Assembly: GCA_032718475.1 (NCBI GenBank)
Contig: JAUCBJ010007452.1
Coordinates: forward strand, 32,079-96,078
DNA from: Nemertoderma westbladi
Taxonomy: Eukaryota; Animalia; Xenacoelomorpha
Direction of reading: 5' to 3'
Length of the DNA: 64,000 nt
Positions 47,347-59,634 of this stretch are shown here, in pieces. The notes beneath the pieces were generated by a model that saw nothing but the letters and a program-made list of their open reading frames with translations, searched no databases and was not told where the DNA came from. Each line of letters starts with the position of its first letter. Within the stretch, counting starts at the first letter, position 1. Made by a program: the position numbers and the translations under genes.

Positions 47347-50300
47347 CTCGCTATAGACTGGGTCCGTTATAAGTTCAGCTTCATAGTTTAAGAAGCTTGA
47401 CATCTCTTCTAAACCCGGTTCCGCACCCTTCTTATCTCGAGTGGAGAAAGCAATTTTTCTCCACTTATTGCGCAGCCAAATCGGTAGTGCCTGCGCTATC
47501 GTAGTGATGTTGTTGGACGCATTGAGTTCGTATGGCGCTTCCAGCGTCTTTAGCACGATTAGCGCCTTCTCGACTTTGTTAGCGAATGTCTTTATGCTAA
47601 CGGGGCCATCCTGTAGGCCACCCGATGTTATACCTCTCAGGGTCTGCCGGATGATCTTGGCCGGGTGCCCGTATTCCTTGTCTAACGCCCGCCATGCCGT
47701 CGTGAAGCCACCCTCGATGCCCTTGTATTGCCTCACGATGTCGTATGCTGGGCCCCCTGTATATACTTGCAGATACTTTAGGCACTCCGCCTGCATCAAA
47801 TTCTTTGTTAATATTTCGTTACTATACATGCGCCGAAACTGTAGGTATTCTTCCGGCCTACTTCCATCGAATTTGAATGGTTCCACGGGTGGTAACTCGA
47901 TCCTGGTCTTTAATGCATCGATTAACGTGGCCATCATCCCCATCGCTTGCGCTTCCAATGGGTTCGATAGATGCTGCATAGGTTCTCCCGTGGGTGCGGT
48001 CCGTTCGTCCTGTCTGCCGCTTTCCTCTGACTTGGATATATCATAGGGGGTAGCGGCCCCCTCCATATTTCTGTGTCGCACGATCTATTCTCGTCCAAGG
48101 GGTTCGATGTTCTTACTCCTATTGGGGTATATTGTTGATATTGTGATGGGGAAATGTCACCCTGTCCCCCCCCCCCCCCCCACCGGTATGCTTGGTACTG
48201 GGGTTGATGTTAATATATTGGGGCCCATACACCTATCCGCAATAATTCTCCCCTCCCCTGGGTATATGTTATGTCCTTGCATGCTGTAGTCATACTGCTG
48301 TGCTGGTACCGGTATAGGCCTATCTACTTCTGGCCTACCTGCCGGTATATACTCCGTGACTTCCGGGTTTAATCCCGTTGTTTGCGCTATCCTATCGCCT
48401 ATATTATCTCTCTCAGCATGGCCTATGGTATGTGCAGTAAGGCCTACAGTATGTCCTGCAGTCTGTATGTGTCGCTCGGGATCAAAGTTTATCCTTCTCG
48501 AATAATCCTCCCCGCGGCTACCATATTCTCGATCGGTAGGTATATCCCGTCGGGAAGTTTCTCTTCGACCCCCTCTACTGCTCTCGTCCTCGTGCCGGTA
48601 CGTCCTGTACCTCTCTCTCTGTGCGTAATACGCCTCGTCAGGTCACGTTCCTCCGGGGCGATGGCAATCTCCCGAAGTTCGACCCCACTGACTCTCCGTC
48701 TCCACCTCTACTACCGACGGCTCGCTATCCGTCCTCGCTCTCCTGTCGTTCGTGGCGACACTTCTTCTACTCTCTTCCTTTCTTCTCTCTGTAGTGCAGT
48801 ATTCCCGCTCGTGAGATCTCTCGTCGACCTCCCGGTTAAACTCCACTGTTCTTCTTCCCTCTTCTGATTGGGCTCGACGCCTCGTCGCGGGCCCTCTCGC
48901 GACGTCAACCTGTCTCTCTCTGCTCGATCGCACGCCGCTGGGGATACTCGCAATCCCCTTACTACTCTCCATCGCCGGGTGCTGCGGTTCACCTAATTCG
49001 CCCCGCGCATTATCCGCCGACGCTTGTGGGACACTCTTTGCCCGCTCGCCGCTAATCTCTCGTTGTGGGGCTCCTGTAGCCCCCCCCCCCCCCCACTCGC
49101 CACATCTAACTTCACTATCTCTTACTTCGCTACTACACCCCTCTCTAGTCGACACATTAACCCTACTGCGGCTGGGTCTATTCACCCCCGCCTCTCCCTC
49201 TGCTACTGTGTGGCCTACCAGGCCCTCTACTTCCTGCCTACTAACTACGTGGCCTACCAGGCCCTCACTGGGTTGACTCAACCCCGCCACTTCCTGCCTA
49301 CTAACTACGTGGCCTACCAGGCCCTCGTCGGGTTGACTCAACCCGGTCACTTCCTGCCTACTAACTACGTGGCCTACCAGGCCCTCATCCGTCGGGCTGC
49401 CCGCGCCCGCCGCGTTTATATTAATAGCACCATTACTAGTATCGCCCGTTAGATCAATTAAATCCTCCAAATCAATTAAATTGTTTTGCACGCCTAAATT
49501 AGAAACGGAATTACTTTGTTCGTTCGAAATAAGATTATCTGAATTATTCTGCGTATTTATATTATTTGGATTATTTTGTAAATTTACATTATTTGAATTA
49601 TTTTGTAGATTTATATTACTTGAATTATTTGTATTTAAATTTAAATTACTACTACTAGGTAAAATATTTCCTGCAATGAAAGTTTGGTTAGAATTATCCA
49701 ATACGGTACTATTAATATTAACGTTATCTACTGTATTATTATTACCCCCCCCCCCCCCCCGCCCGTACGGTCACACCAGTCTTGGGTCTGTCGTGCGGTC
49801 CCTGTAAGTGAGGTATTAATAAATGTTTCCACAGCCCTTGGCTCCTCATAAATACTCGAGCCAGTCTCGCTCTCTGACAGCCCCATCTGCGCCAGTTCTA
49901 GTCGGCGTTTCTGTTTCGCCTGATACTGCATAAGCCCCTTTAGCCGGGCATGCATACCATCCCGCACACGTTTTCTCTCACTCTCCCTCTCTCTGCCCTC
50001 TCGTGAATTCTGATCGGCTAACTCTGCCTCTCTCGCAACTCTCTCCAGTCGTCTCGCCTCGCGCTCTTTTCGCTCGTTATCCGCACTCACCTCGCGCTCT
50101 TTACGTTCCGCCTCACGCTCTGCCTCGCGCTCTTTACGTTCCGCCTCACGCTCTGCCTCGCGCTCTTTACGTTCCGCCTCACGCTCTGCCTCACGCTCTT
50201 CTTGCTCCTTCCTTTCCATCCTCCCTATTTCCTCGCACTCCCTAAATCTTCTCGCAGCCCTCTCGGCCCTCTCTTTGTTCTCTCTAACCAGCTCTTTCTC

Positions 50301-51216
50301 CTGCTCTATTAATGCACTCTCTTCCTCTAACTGTCTCACTAATTCTCTCTGGTCTAGCGCCGCCAGATCGAGTTGGCATGCCAGATCTATTTCTCGCACC
50401 CGTTTTTCTTTTGCGGAGGATGTAGCGAACTTATTGGTTGCGACGGACTCCCCCCGCCTTCCCGTCCTGCTAACTTTCCCCCGCCTCCCGGAATTTTCCA
50501 CAACCGATGAGACCGAATCCTCGGGGTTAACCTCGGATTCGCCCTCCTGCGGTCTCCCCCAACCCACCAATTTTACTCCCCGGGCATCGACTAAGTATGG
50601 CCCTACGTACACTACGCTAGGTTTCATACCCCTACATTCCCATAGTTCAAACAGTTCGCTGGCCACCCCTCTCACTCTCTCATCGGCCAGTTCTCCCTGT
50701 CCAAAATGCATTAAGTAATCAAAGTGTCTGTTCGACTCACCTAATTGTTTCTTCAGCTTTACCTCGTCTACCTTCGCCCCTCCTTTGGCCTCTTTCAGTT
50801 GCTTTGGATTGCGGCGTAGGCTCGTCGGAGCCGGTCGCTGACCCCGACGTCCTCGTCGCCGACATCTCCTTTATCCCTCCGTGTCCAGCGTCGTACCGGC
50901 GGCCCCACCGTCGCCGTTCCGGTGGGCCGTCCGTCGCCCTCGGCCTGTGGCTGGCCGGCGACTTCGGCACGTCGACCGCCGCTGTGTGTCGACTCGTCTC
51001 TCTCCCCCCTCGACTCGTCTCTCCCTTCTCTCGACTCGTCTCTCCCTTCTCTCGACTCGCTCTCTCGTCTCGACGCTCTCTCTCCTCTTGGATTGCCGAA
51101 TCACCTATTATCGATGGATCCGGCGTCGTGGGTCTATACCGTCGCGTCGCGGCCTCGCGGATCGTTAGATCGCCGTCCGGGGTCCGCGGCGGTGTCGCTT
51201 CTCCTTCTCGACTCAT
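47347..51216 (-). pseudogene. Element B Gag N-terminal and capsid region (several stops and frameshifts)
   Basis: ATG at 51216; (EREAEREAERK)n coiled coil; capsid FKFDGSRPEEY..CLKYL..YGHP..LPIWLRNKW; continues at 30014 once C is removed. Confidence 0.85.
49205..49390. repeat. 60-bp tandem repeat with palindromes inside B gag
   Basis: Units contain gggttga-c-tcaaccc and ggcct-acc-aggcc; encode EGLVGHVVSRQEV. Confidence 0.8.
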
Positions 51217-51274
51217 CTTTACTTTACTTTAGTATAGATTGGTGGCTGGCAGTCACAGTAACAGGCAGCTTGGT

Positions 51275-51283
51275 TCTTTCCAC
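51275..51283 (-). promoter_or_regulatory. Primer-binding site of B (GTGGAAAGA), complementary to LTR segment 51501-51509
   Basis: The 9 nt abutting the LTR complement minus-strand TCTTTCCAC in the LTR; contains TGG, so a tRNA primer is not excluded. Confidence 0.55.
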
Positions 51284-51874
51284 TGTGATGGGATCCGAGA
51301 ATCCCGGTTTATCCGTTAGCTTTCCTACGCGTCTCCGCCATGCGTGTGTGAAAAGAGTTTTAGTTGTTGACTGATCGGTGTGTATAAATAAGAAGGTATA
51401 ATATAACTGAATAGGATATAGCACAGTTGGCACAGTTGATTGATGATTAAGTGTACCGGTAAATAGAATGACAATACTGCAGTACACGGAAACGGAGATG
51501 GTGGAAAGAGTCCCGGTCCCGGTACCGCCCTAACTAACTGACTTACTAAAGTGAATGAATATACACAAAGACCGGTAATATATTGCACGGTTGGCCACGT
51601 TGCCTTACTCAGTCGATGCTTGCCCCCCATTGGCTGATAACTCATTTCTCACCCTCCCATTTCCCTGGGTGTGTTTCCCCCTGTAGCTATTACTCTCTCC
51701 CTCCCGGAGGTGTAACCTCTGACCCCCGCTGTGTGTGTTCCCTTGGGGTTTGTTGCCCCGCTTATTGGGGTGATACAAGGTTGATTGGTAATCAACCTTG
51801 TAGTTCCAATATTGCTTAAACCTCCTGCCCTCCCAACTTTGTGTGGGGTGGTTGGCGGAATTGATACGCTAACA
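51284..51874 (-). repeat. 5' LTR of element B (591 bp)
   Basis: Direct repeat of 21802-22386, followed by TSD ACCAT. Confidence 0.95.
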
Positions 51875-54106
51875 ACCATGGCCATAAGACTTATTCTACT
51901 TAAGCCTAAAATTGACTGTAGGAATATCTATAAACCAAAATCATGTTACAAAAGAATTCAGGTTTTTAGTTCGGACAAAGTTGCTGAAGTGCGACAAGTA
52001 TTTCAAGAGACAGACTGGAATATTTTCTATGATGAAACCCAGAGTCTAGATGAAAATGTAGAAACAACTGAAAGCTACATAAAGTATGTAATTGATCGAC
52101 ACTTACCCTTGACAAAGATTAAAACCAGGAAGTTTAATATGCGGCAGCCGATCAAGGGTATTAGTGAACTAATGGAAGAAAAAAGGCTTGCCATTGTGAA
52201 TAGAGATAATGCCAAGCGAAATGAGTGCCAGAGAAAGATTAATAAATTAATATTTAACAAACGTCAATCCGATTTTAGCAGTATGTCAAAAGATCAACTA
52301 TATAAGCTATCAAGCAACTGCCCCAAGAACAAACATAAAATTCATACATTTGATGCGAAAGAAGTTGAGAGCTTAAATGAGTTCTTTACTAGGTTTAATG
52401 AAGACGTGGACAAAGATGAACCAACGTACAAAGGAGTTAGCTATGAGAATAATGTGAAAGTCATTGAGCCTCTTGAAGTTGAACATCAAATCCGTAAATT
52501 GAAATCAAATACTGCCCAAGGAAGTAGCATTATATCATCAACTTGCTATAAAACATTCGCTAAGGAACTTTCAATACCATATGCCTCCCTTTTTAATGGC
52601 AGCTTTCAACTCCAAAAATATCCTCAAAATTGGAACTCTGCGCTAACATCTTCTTTACCCAAAAGACACAACTCATCTATCTCAGATAAAACGAGTTTCA
52701 GGCCTGTATGTGTTACTCCACTAAGCTCAAGGATCCTCGACAGGATTGCACTAGGAATTTTCCGTTCTGCAACAGTAGATAGCGATGACATCTTCCAATT
52801 TGCGTACAAAAAGGATTATTCAACTGCAGATGCAGTGCTTTATTTATTACACCAAATTACGGGAGCACTAGACAAAAGGCACTCAATCGTAAAATGCCTA
52901 TTCATAGATTACTCCTCTGCTTTTATTACTGTACTGCAGAACAGATTCTTGAACAAACTGCTAGACGATCTGCCTACAGATATGCGCTGGTTGGTGACTT
53001 GGTTACAGTCTTATATGAGTAACTTCTCTCAATGCGTTAAATCTGGTAGAATTATATCTCCTACAATAACTCTAAAAGTTGGATTTCCTCAAGGTGGTCC
53101 TCTAAGCGGTCCATTGTTTACGAAAGATACAGATGAAATTAGAGAAGAAGATGGTTCCCTTGCCAAGTATTCCGACGATTCTCGTTGCTTGTACTCTATT
53201 AGTTGCTCAAAAGATCATGATAAATATGAGCTAAGTATTAAGAAAATTGTAGATTTGTCATTAAAGAAAAACTTGAAGCTGAACACAAAGAAGTCTGAGG
53301 AACTGTGCTTCATTCCAATAAACTTCAAAGACTCTAAAATCGTAGATATTGCAGAGGAAAGAAGGATTACAATTGGGGGTAATGTCGTACCATGACCAGC
53401 TGTGGTGAAACATCTGGGAGTGTGGATATCAGATAATATGTCATGGAAAATCCATGTCTCTAACTTAATAAAAAAAGTTAACTACATAGTCCGCCAGTTC
53501 AGCTTCTTCATTCGGTTTGCGAGTAAAAAGACTATAATTTTTATATTCCAAACGTACATTGCACCACACTATTTGTACTGTTCTGTGGCTTGGGTCCCTC
53601 TTACACCATCCAGTCTAAGAAAGAAGCTGCGTAAACCAATATCACTGTACGCAAGGCACTCTAAGATAGATAAACATGTGTACTTAAAATATATTAATGA
53701 CGCATTCTCCACTCAATTTGTCAACATGGTTAACAAGATTGTGGCCACACCCCGACACCCCTTACATGATTTTATCATGGCCTCCAAGTCAACGTCCACC
53801 TCAACTCGCAGCAAATACACAATGCCAAACGTTCGTACGAAATTATTTCAGAACTCATTTGCACCTATGGCCATACGATACCTTATTAGTAATGATATGC
53901 CGTTATTTTTCGACTGAGTTAATGTCCAATGTTTATTATTTAATTTCTTATATCATCTATACTTAATGTAATATTACTTAATTTGTCAAAGACTTTATAC
54001 TTATTACTTACTTACTTATTTAGCATGTTTTAATGATGCATTTGGTTTTACTATTCCCATTTACATTTTATCTATGTACAGGAATTAAAACAATATAATA
54101 TACATA
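51875..54106 (+). pseudogene. LINE fragment 3: reverse transcriptase, C-terminal domain, 3' UTR and AT-rich tail (Rex-Babar-like)
   Basis: FRPVCVT, FQFAYK..STADA, FIDYSSAF, GFPQGGPLSGPLF, KYSDD, LNTKKSEEL, then VKHLGVWI..W after a stop at 53393-53395; ATTAAA and ATA-rich tail end at 54106. Confidence 0.92.
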
Positions 54107-54165
54107 TCGAACCCACGACCTACGGGAGATGTGAATTCAATACAACCACTATACCAAGGTGGAAC
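54107..54165 (-). mobile_element. tRNA-derived head of the SINE whose body lies at 9005-9227
   Basis: A-box TGGTATAGTGG and half B-box GGTTCGA on minus; TC is present at both LINE junctions (9226-9227 and 54107-54108). Confidence 0.75.
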
Positions 54166-55711
54166 CTTGGAGTTTTGGAGTACGCCACGCAGACACTAAA
54201 TTTGCCATAACTTTTGAGTGCGTGCATGGATTTTGCTCAAATTACGTACAAACCTTTTCTACGTCAATGCTCTTTGAACACATTTAATAAAATTTACGAA
54301 ATTACACCAAGAATATTTTGTTTTACTTTTTTCGCCGGGAAAAAAAAGTAAAATCAATGCAATCCTATGGGTTACTTTTTCTCCCTATTTTGGTCTAATT
54401 TTGAGCGAACAAGTAACAATTTAAGTTGGCTCTACCCGTTAAGGTGCGTCAAAAATGTACTTTTTTAATATTACAATTAATATAGTAAAGTCCACACAAA
54501 ATTCATCTTACACTTTATTTCTACTTATTCGCTTTTTGCAGTATGCATTTCGAAATGTTGACTTCCAAGCCAGTAAACTCCCCATTAATATCGGGTGAAA
54601 AAATGTCCCAATTATTCTCAAATTTATCCGGCTATATATTACGTTAAAATATCTCGACGACCGGTATTAATTAAAAACCTACGTAAAAAATATAGAAAAT
54701 TCCGTTGAAGAAAAACAAAGTATCATATTAAAAGACTTTTTAATCTTGTTAAAATAATACCAGCACGCTTATTAAACGTTATTTAGATTTTAGCGAGAAG
54801 GAACAGATTTCTAGTATTGATTACAGAATCGACAGCCACCGGCTGCATTCAAATTGAACCAATTAATTTATTGGAAATTGACTCATTTTAAGTTATTGAC
54901 TTTCTAGCTCTAAGCTTGAAAGTCTTATTCGATAAAAATCAATATAGTTAGAAGACTTAAGTCACACATCACACAGTTCAGTCATTTAATGGGAATTAGT
55001 ATATCTTCATTCTAAAATGATCTTTATTTTTCGCATAGGCCTACATTAAACTATATGGGGTATAATACAACAAAATACCGCTTAGAACCCGATCTTTACT
55101 TGATTTCCCGGCAACGGGATGGAAATACTAGAAATACAGGAAATACTTTTTATCGTTATAGGTAAAAAGGTACGTTTTTGTCAATACGTCTTAAATGTTA
55201 AATCGTATATTTTTCAACAGCAAAATTTCTGAATAAAACGAAATAGGAAACATTGTCCTTACTGATATAAGAATAAAACTGAAAATTATTTTTTTTATTT
55301 CTATGGAATTAATTTCGCACTACCAAATCGCCATGGCGGCATATTTTCCATTTTACAGTGCGACATTATATCTCAGTATGTCCCTACGCCATACATTTTA
55401 CTATGTATATCCAGTATGTCACCGCGTCATTATTAGGTTGTTCTAGGAAGTTTGAGTGCATAACTACAAATAATTCCCCACAAATAAATAAAATTGGATT
55501 CGCCATTTTGTTCATAATTTTAGCACATTAAAGCTTTTACGGTCCTCGTTCTATTATTTCCCTCGCTGTCGCTCGGGAAACAAAATCACTCGTGCCGTAA
55601 CGCTATAAAGTAGCAATGTGAACAATGAAAAATGACGTATATAGTTATTATTATGGCAAGAAAACAACAGAATGTGCAATTTAGATTGCAGTTTCATGCG
55701 AACCTGGACAG

Positions 55712-58700
55712 CCTAACCTTGCACTGCCTAACTTGTACTGCCTAACTTGTACTGGCCCAACCTTGCACTGCCTAACTTGTACTGTCTAAACCTGAACTGC
55801 TTAACCATGTACTGTCTGAATTTGCATTGCCTGACCATGTAATGCACAACCCTGCACTGCCAAACTTGTACTGCCTAAACCTGAACTGCTTAACCATGTA
55901 CTGTCTGAATTTGCATTGCCTGACCATGTAATGCACAACCCTGCACTGCCAAACTTGTACTGCCTAAACCTGAACTGCTTAACCATGTACTGTCTGAATT
56001 TGCACTGCCTGACCATGTAATGCACAACCCTGCACTGCCAAACTTGTACTGCCTAAACCTGAACTGCTTAACCATGTACTGTCTGAATTTGCATTGCCTG
56101 ACCATGTAATGCACAACCCTGCACTGCCAAACTTGTACTGCCTAAACCTGAACTGCTTAACCATGTACTGTCTGAATTTGCACTGCCTGACCATGTAATG
56201 CACAACCCTGCACTGCCAAACTTGTACTGCCTAAACCTGAACTGCTTAACCATGTACTGTCTGAATTTGCACTGCCTGACCATGTAATGCACAACCTTGC
56301 ACTGCCTAACTTGCACTGCCTAACTTGTACTGGCCCAACCTTGCACTGCCTAACTTGCACTGCCTAACTTGTACTGGCCCAACCTTGCACTGCCTAACTT
56401 GTACTGTCTAAACCTGAACTGCTTAACCATGTACTGTCTGAATTTGCATTGCCTGACCATGTAATGCACAACCCTGCACTGCCAAACTTGTACTGCCTAA
56501 ACCTGAACTGCTTAACCATGTACTGTCTGAATTTGCACTGCCTGACCATGTAATGCACAACCCTGCACTGCCAAACTTGTACTGCCTAAACCTGAACTGC
56601 TTAACCATGTACTGTCTGAATTTGCACTGCCTGACCATGTAATGCACAACCTTGCACTGCCTAACTTGCACTGCCTAACTTGTACTGGCCCAACCTTGCA
56701 CTGCCTAACTTGTACTGTCTAAACCTGAACTGCTTAACCATGTACTGTCTGAATTTGCATTGCCTGACCATGTAATGCACAACCTTGCACTGCCTAACTT
56801 GTACTGTCTAAACCTGAACTGCTTAACCATGTACTGTCTGAATTTGCATTGCCTGACCATGTAATGCACAACCCTGCACTGCCAAACTTGTACTGCCTAA
56901 ACCTGAACTGCTTAACCATGTACTGTCTGAATTTGCACTGCCTGACCATGTAATGCACAACCCTGCACTACCAAACTTGTACTGCCTAAACCTGAACTGC
57001 TTAACCATGTACTGTCTGAATTTGCACTGCCTGACCATGTAATGCACAACCTTGCACTGCCTAACTTACTGGCCCAACCTTGCACTGCCTAAACTTGTAC
57101 TGCCTAAACCTGAACTGCTTAACCATGTACTGTCTGAATTTGCATTGCCTGACCATGTAATGCACAACCTTGCACTGCCTAACTTGTACTGTCTAAACCT
57201 GAACTGCTTAACCATGTACTGTCTGAATTTGCATTGCCTGACCATGTAATGCACAACCTTGCACTGCCTAACTTGTACTGTCTAAACCTGAACTGCTTAT
57301 GTACTGTCTGAATTTGCATTGCCTGACCATGTAATGCACAACCCTGCACTGCCAAACTTGTACTGCCTAAACCTGAACTGCTTAACCATGTACTGTCTGA
57401 ATTTGCATTGCCTGACCATGTAATGCACAACCTTGCACTGCCTAACTTGTACTGTCTAAACCTGAACTGCTTAACCATGTACTGTCTGAATTTGCATTGC
57501 CTGACCATGTAATGCACAACCTTGCACTGCCTAACTTGTACTGTCTAAACCTGAACTGCTTAACCATGTACTGTCTGAATTTGCATTGCCTGACCATGTA
57601 ATGCACAACCCTGCACTGCCAAACTTGTACTGCCTAAACCTGAACTGCTTAACCATGTACTGTCTGAATTTGCACTGCCTGACCATGTAATGCACAACCC
57701 TGCACTGCCAAACTTGTACTGCCTAAACCTGAACTGCTTAACCATGTACTGTCTGAATTTGCACTGCCTGACCATGTAATGCACAACCTTGCACTGCCTA
57801 ACTTACTGGCCCAACCTTGCACTGCCTAAACTTGTACTGCCTAAACCTGAACTGCTTAACCATGTACTGTCTGAATTTGCACTGCCTGAACATGCAATGC
57901 ACAACCTTGCACTGCCTAACTTGTACTGCCTAAACTTGCACTGCTTAACAATGTACTGTCTGACTTTGCACAGCCTGACCATGTAATGCACAACCTTGCA
58001 CTGCCTAACTTGCACTGCCTAACTTGTACTGGCCCAACCTTGCACTGCCTAACTTGTACTGGCCCAACCTTGCACTGCCTAACTTGTACTGGCCTAACCT
58101 TGCACTGCCTAAACCTGAACTGCTGAACCATGTACTGTCTGAATTTGCACTGCCTGACCATGTAATGCACAACCTTGCACTGCCTAACTTGTACTGGCCC
58201 AATCTTGCACTGCCTAACTTGCACTGCCTAAACCTGAACTGCTTAACCATGTACTGTCTGACTTTGTACTGCCTGACTATGTAATGCTCAACCTTGCATT
58301 GCCTAACTTGCACTGCCTATCCATGTATTGGCTAAACTTGCACTGCTAACAATGTACTGTCTGACTTTGCACTGCCTGGCCATGTAATGCACAACCTTGC
58401 ACTGCCTAACTTGCACTGCCTAACTTGTACTGGCCCAACCTTGCACTGCCTAACTTGCACTGCCTAAACATGAACTGCTTAACCATGTACTGCCTGACCA
58501 TGTAATGCCCAACCTTGCATTGCCTAAGATGCACTGCCTAACTTTTACTGCCTAAACCTGAACTACTTAACCATGTACTGCCTGAACATGTAATGCACAA
58601 CCTTGCACTGCCTAACTTGTACTGCCTAAACCTGAGCTGCTTAACCATGTACTGTCTGAATTTGCACTGCCTGACCATGCAATGCACAGCCTTGCACTGC

Positions 58701-59195
58701 CGAAGTTGTACTGGCCCAACCTTGCACTGCCTAACTTGCACTGCCTAAACCTGACCTGCTTAACCATGTACTGCCTGACCATGTAATGCCCAACCTTGCA
58801 TTGCCTAACTTGCACTGCCTAACTTGTACTGCCTAAACTTGCACTGCTTAACCATGTACTGTCTGACTTTGCACTGCCTGACCATGTAATGCACAACCTT
58901 GCACTGCCTAACTTGCACTGCCTAACTTGTACTGGCCCAACCTTGCACTGACTAACTTGCACTGCCTAACTTGTACTGGCCCAACCTTGCACTGCCTAAC
59001 TTGCACTGCCTAAACCTGAACTGCTTAACCATGTACTGTCTGAATTTGCACTGCCTAACAATGTAATGCACAACCTTGAACTGCCTAACTTGTACTGGCC
59101 TAACCTTGCACTGCCTAACTTGCACTGCCTAAACCTGCACTGCTTAACCATGTACTGCCTAATTTTGCACGGTCTGGCAATGTAATGCACAACCT
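55712..59195. repeat. Complex satellite: 89-bp higher-order unit built from ~15-bp (ttgcactgcctaac-like) subunits
   Basis: Near-identical ORF calls recur every 89 bp; units diverge toward the right end. Confidence 0.95.
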
Positions 59196-59634
59196 TTTAA
59201 TTTTATTCGGAAGCCGCCTCCGCTTTGCAGGAGATTGCTTTCCCCTAAGAACCAGCCTAAGCACTATATTCTGCTTTGGCAGTGTTTAAATAACAACTTA
59301 TACATTCAGTAAACAAAAAAACCGGTTGCATTTAATTATAATAATATTATTAGCTAACAATTCCCTAAAAATAAAGTAATACCCACTCAATTTAATTTCT
59401 ACTAATGGACATAATTACCGTAATCGAAAACATAAATATATTTTAACAAATCGCGACTACGATTCAACATTACTCTACACAACAAAAAATTTATTAGTTT
59501 TAACACTTTACGATCCCGATTGGGCTCTATTTTATTATTTTATCTGTTCATTTATCAGTTCTAAATTGTAACATGACATGGAGACAAATCTCGATAAATA
59601 AAGAAAGTTGCGTGCCCAGGTCACCGGGGGAAAC

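Larger units (their letters stand above)
21802..51874 (-). mobile_element. BEL/Pao LTR retrotransposon B (defective, interrupted by element C), with extra DEDDy exonuclease ORF
   Basis: LTRs 21802-22386 and 51284-51874; TSD ACCAT at 21797-21801 and 51875-51879; domain order gag-PR-RT-RH-IN. Confidence 0.95.

Noticed and set aside
51265-51282. Conventional tRNA PBS for element B (TGGAAAGAACC)
   Set aside because: I cannot match GGUUCUUU-CCA to a cytosolic tRNA end I recognise, and the LTR-internal complement explains it; not formally excluded without the host tRNA set
51785-51874. N-terminus of the 536-aa RT ORF
   Set aside because: LTR sequence of B read through by chance; the LINE resumes at 51875
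54180-55650. Possible DNA-transposon remnants (also 8030-8800 and 63690-63960)
   Set aside because: Sequence texture is suggestive, but no paired TIRs, TSDs or transposase motifs could be delimited
55801-59190. Many 60-110 aa ORFs (MHYMVRQCKF...)
   Set aside because: Translation artefacts of the 89-bp satellite
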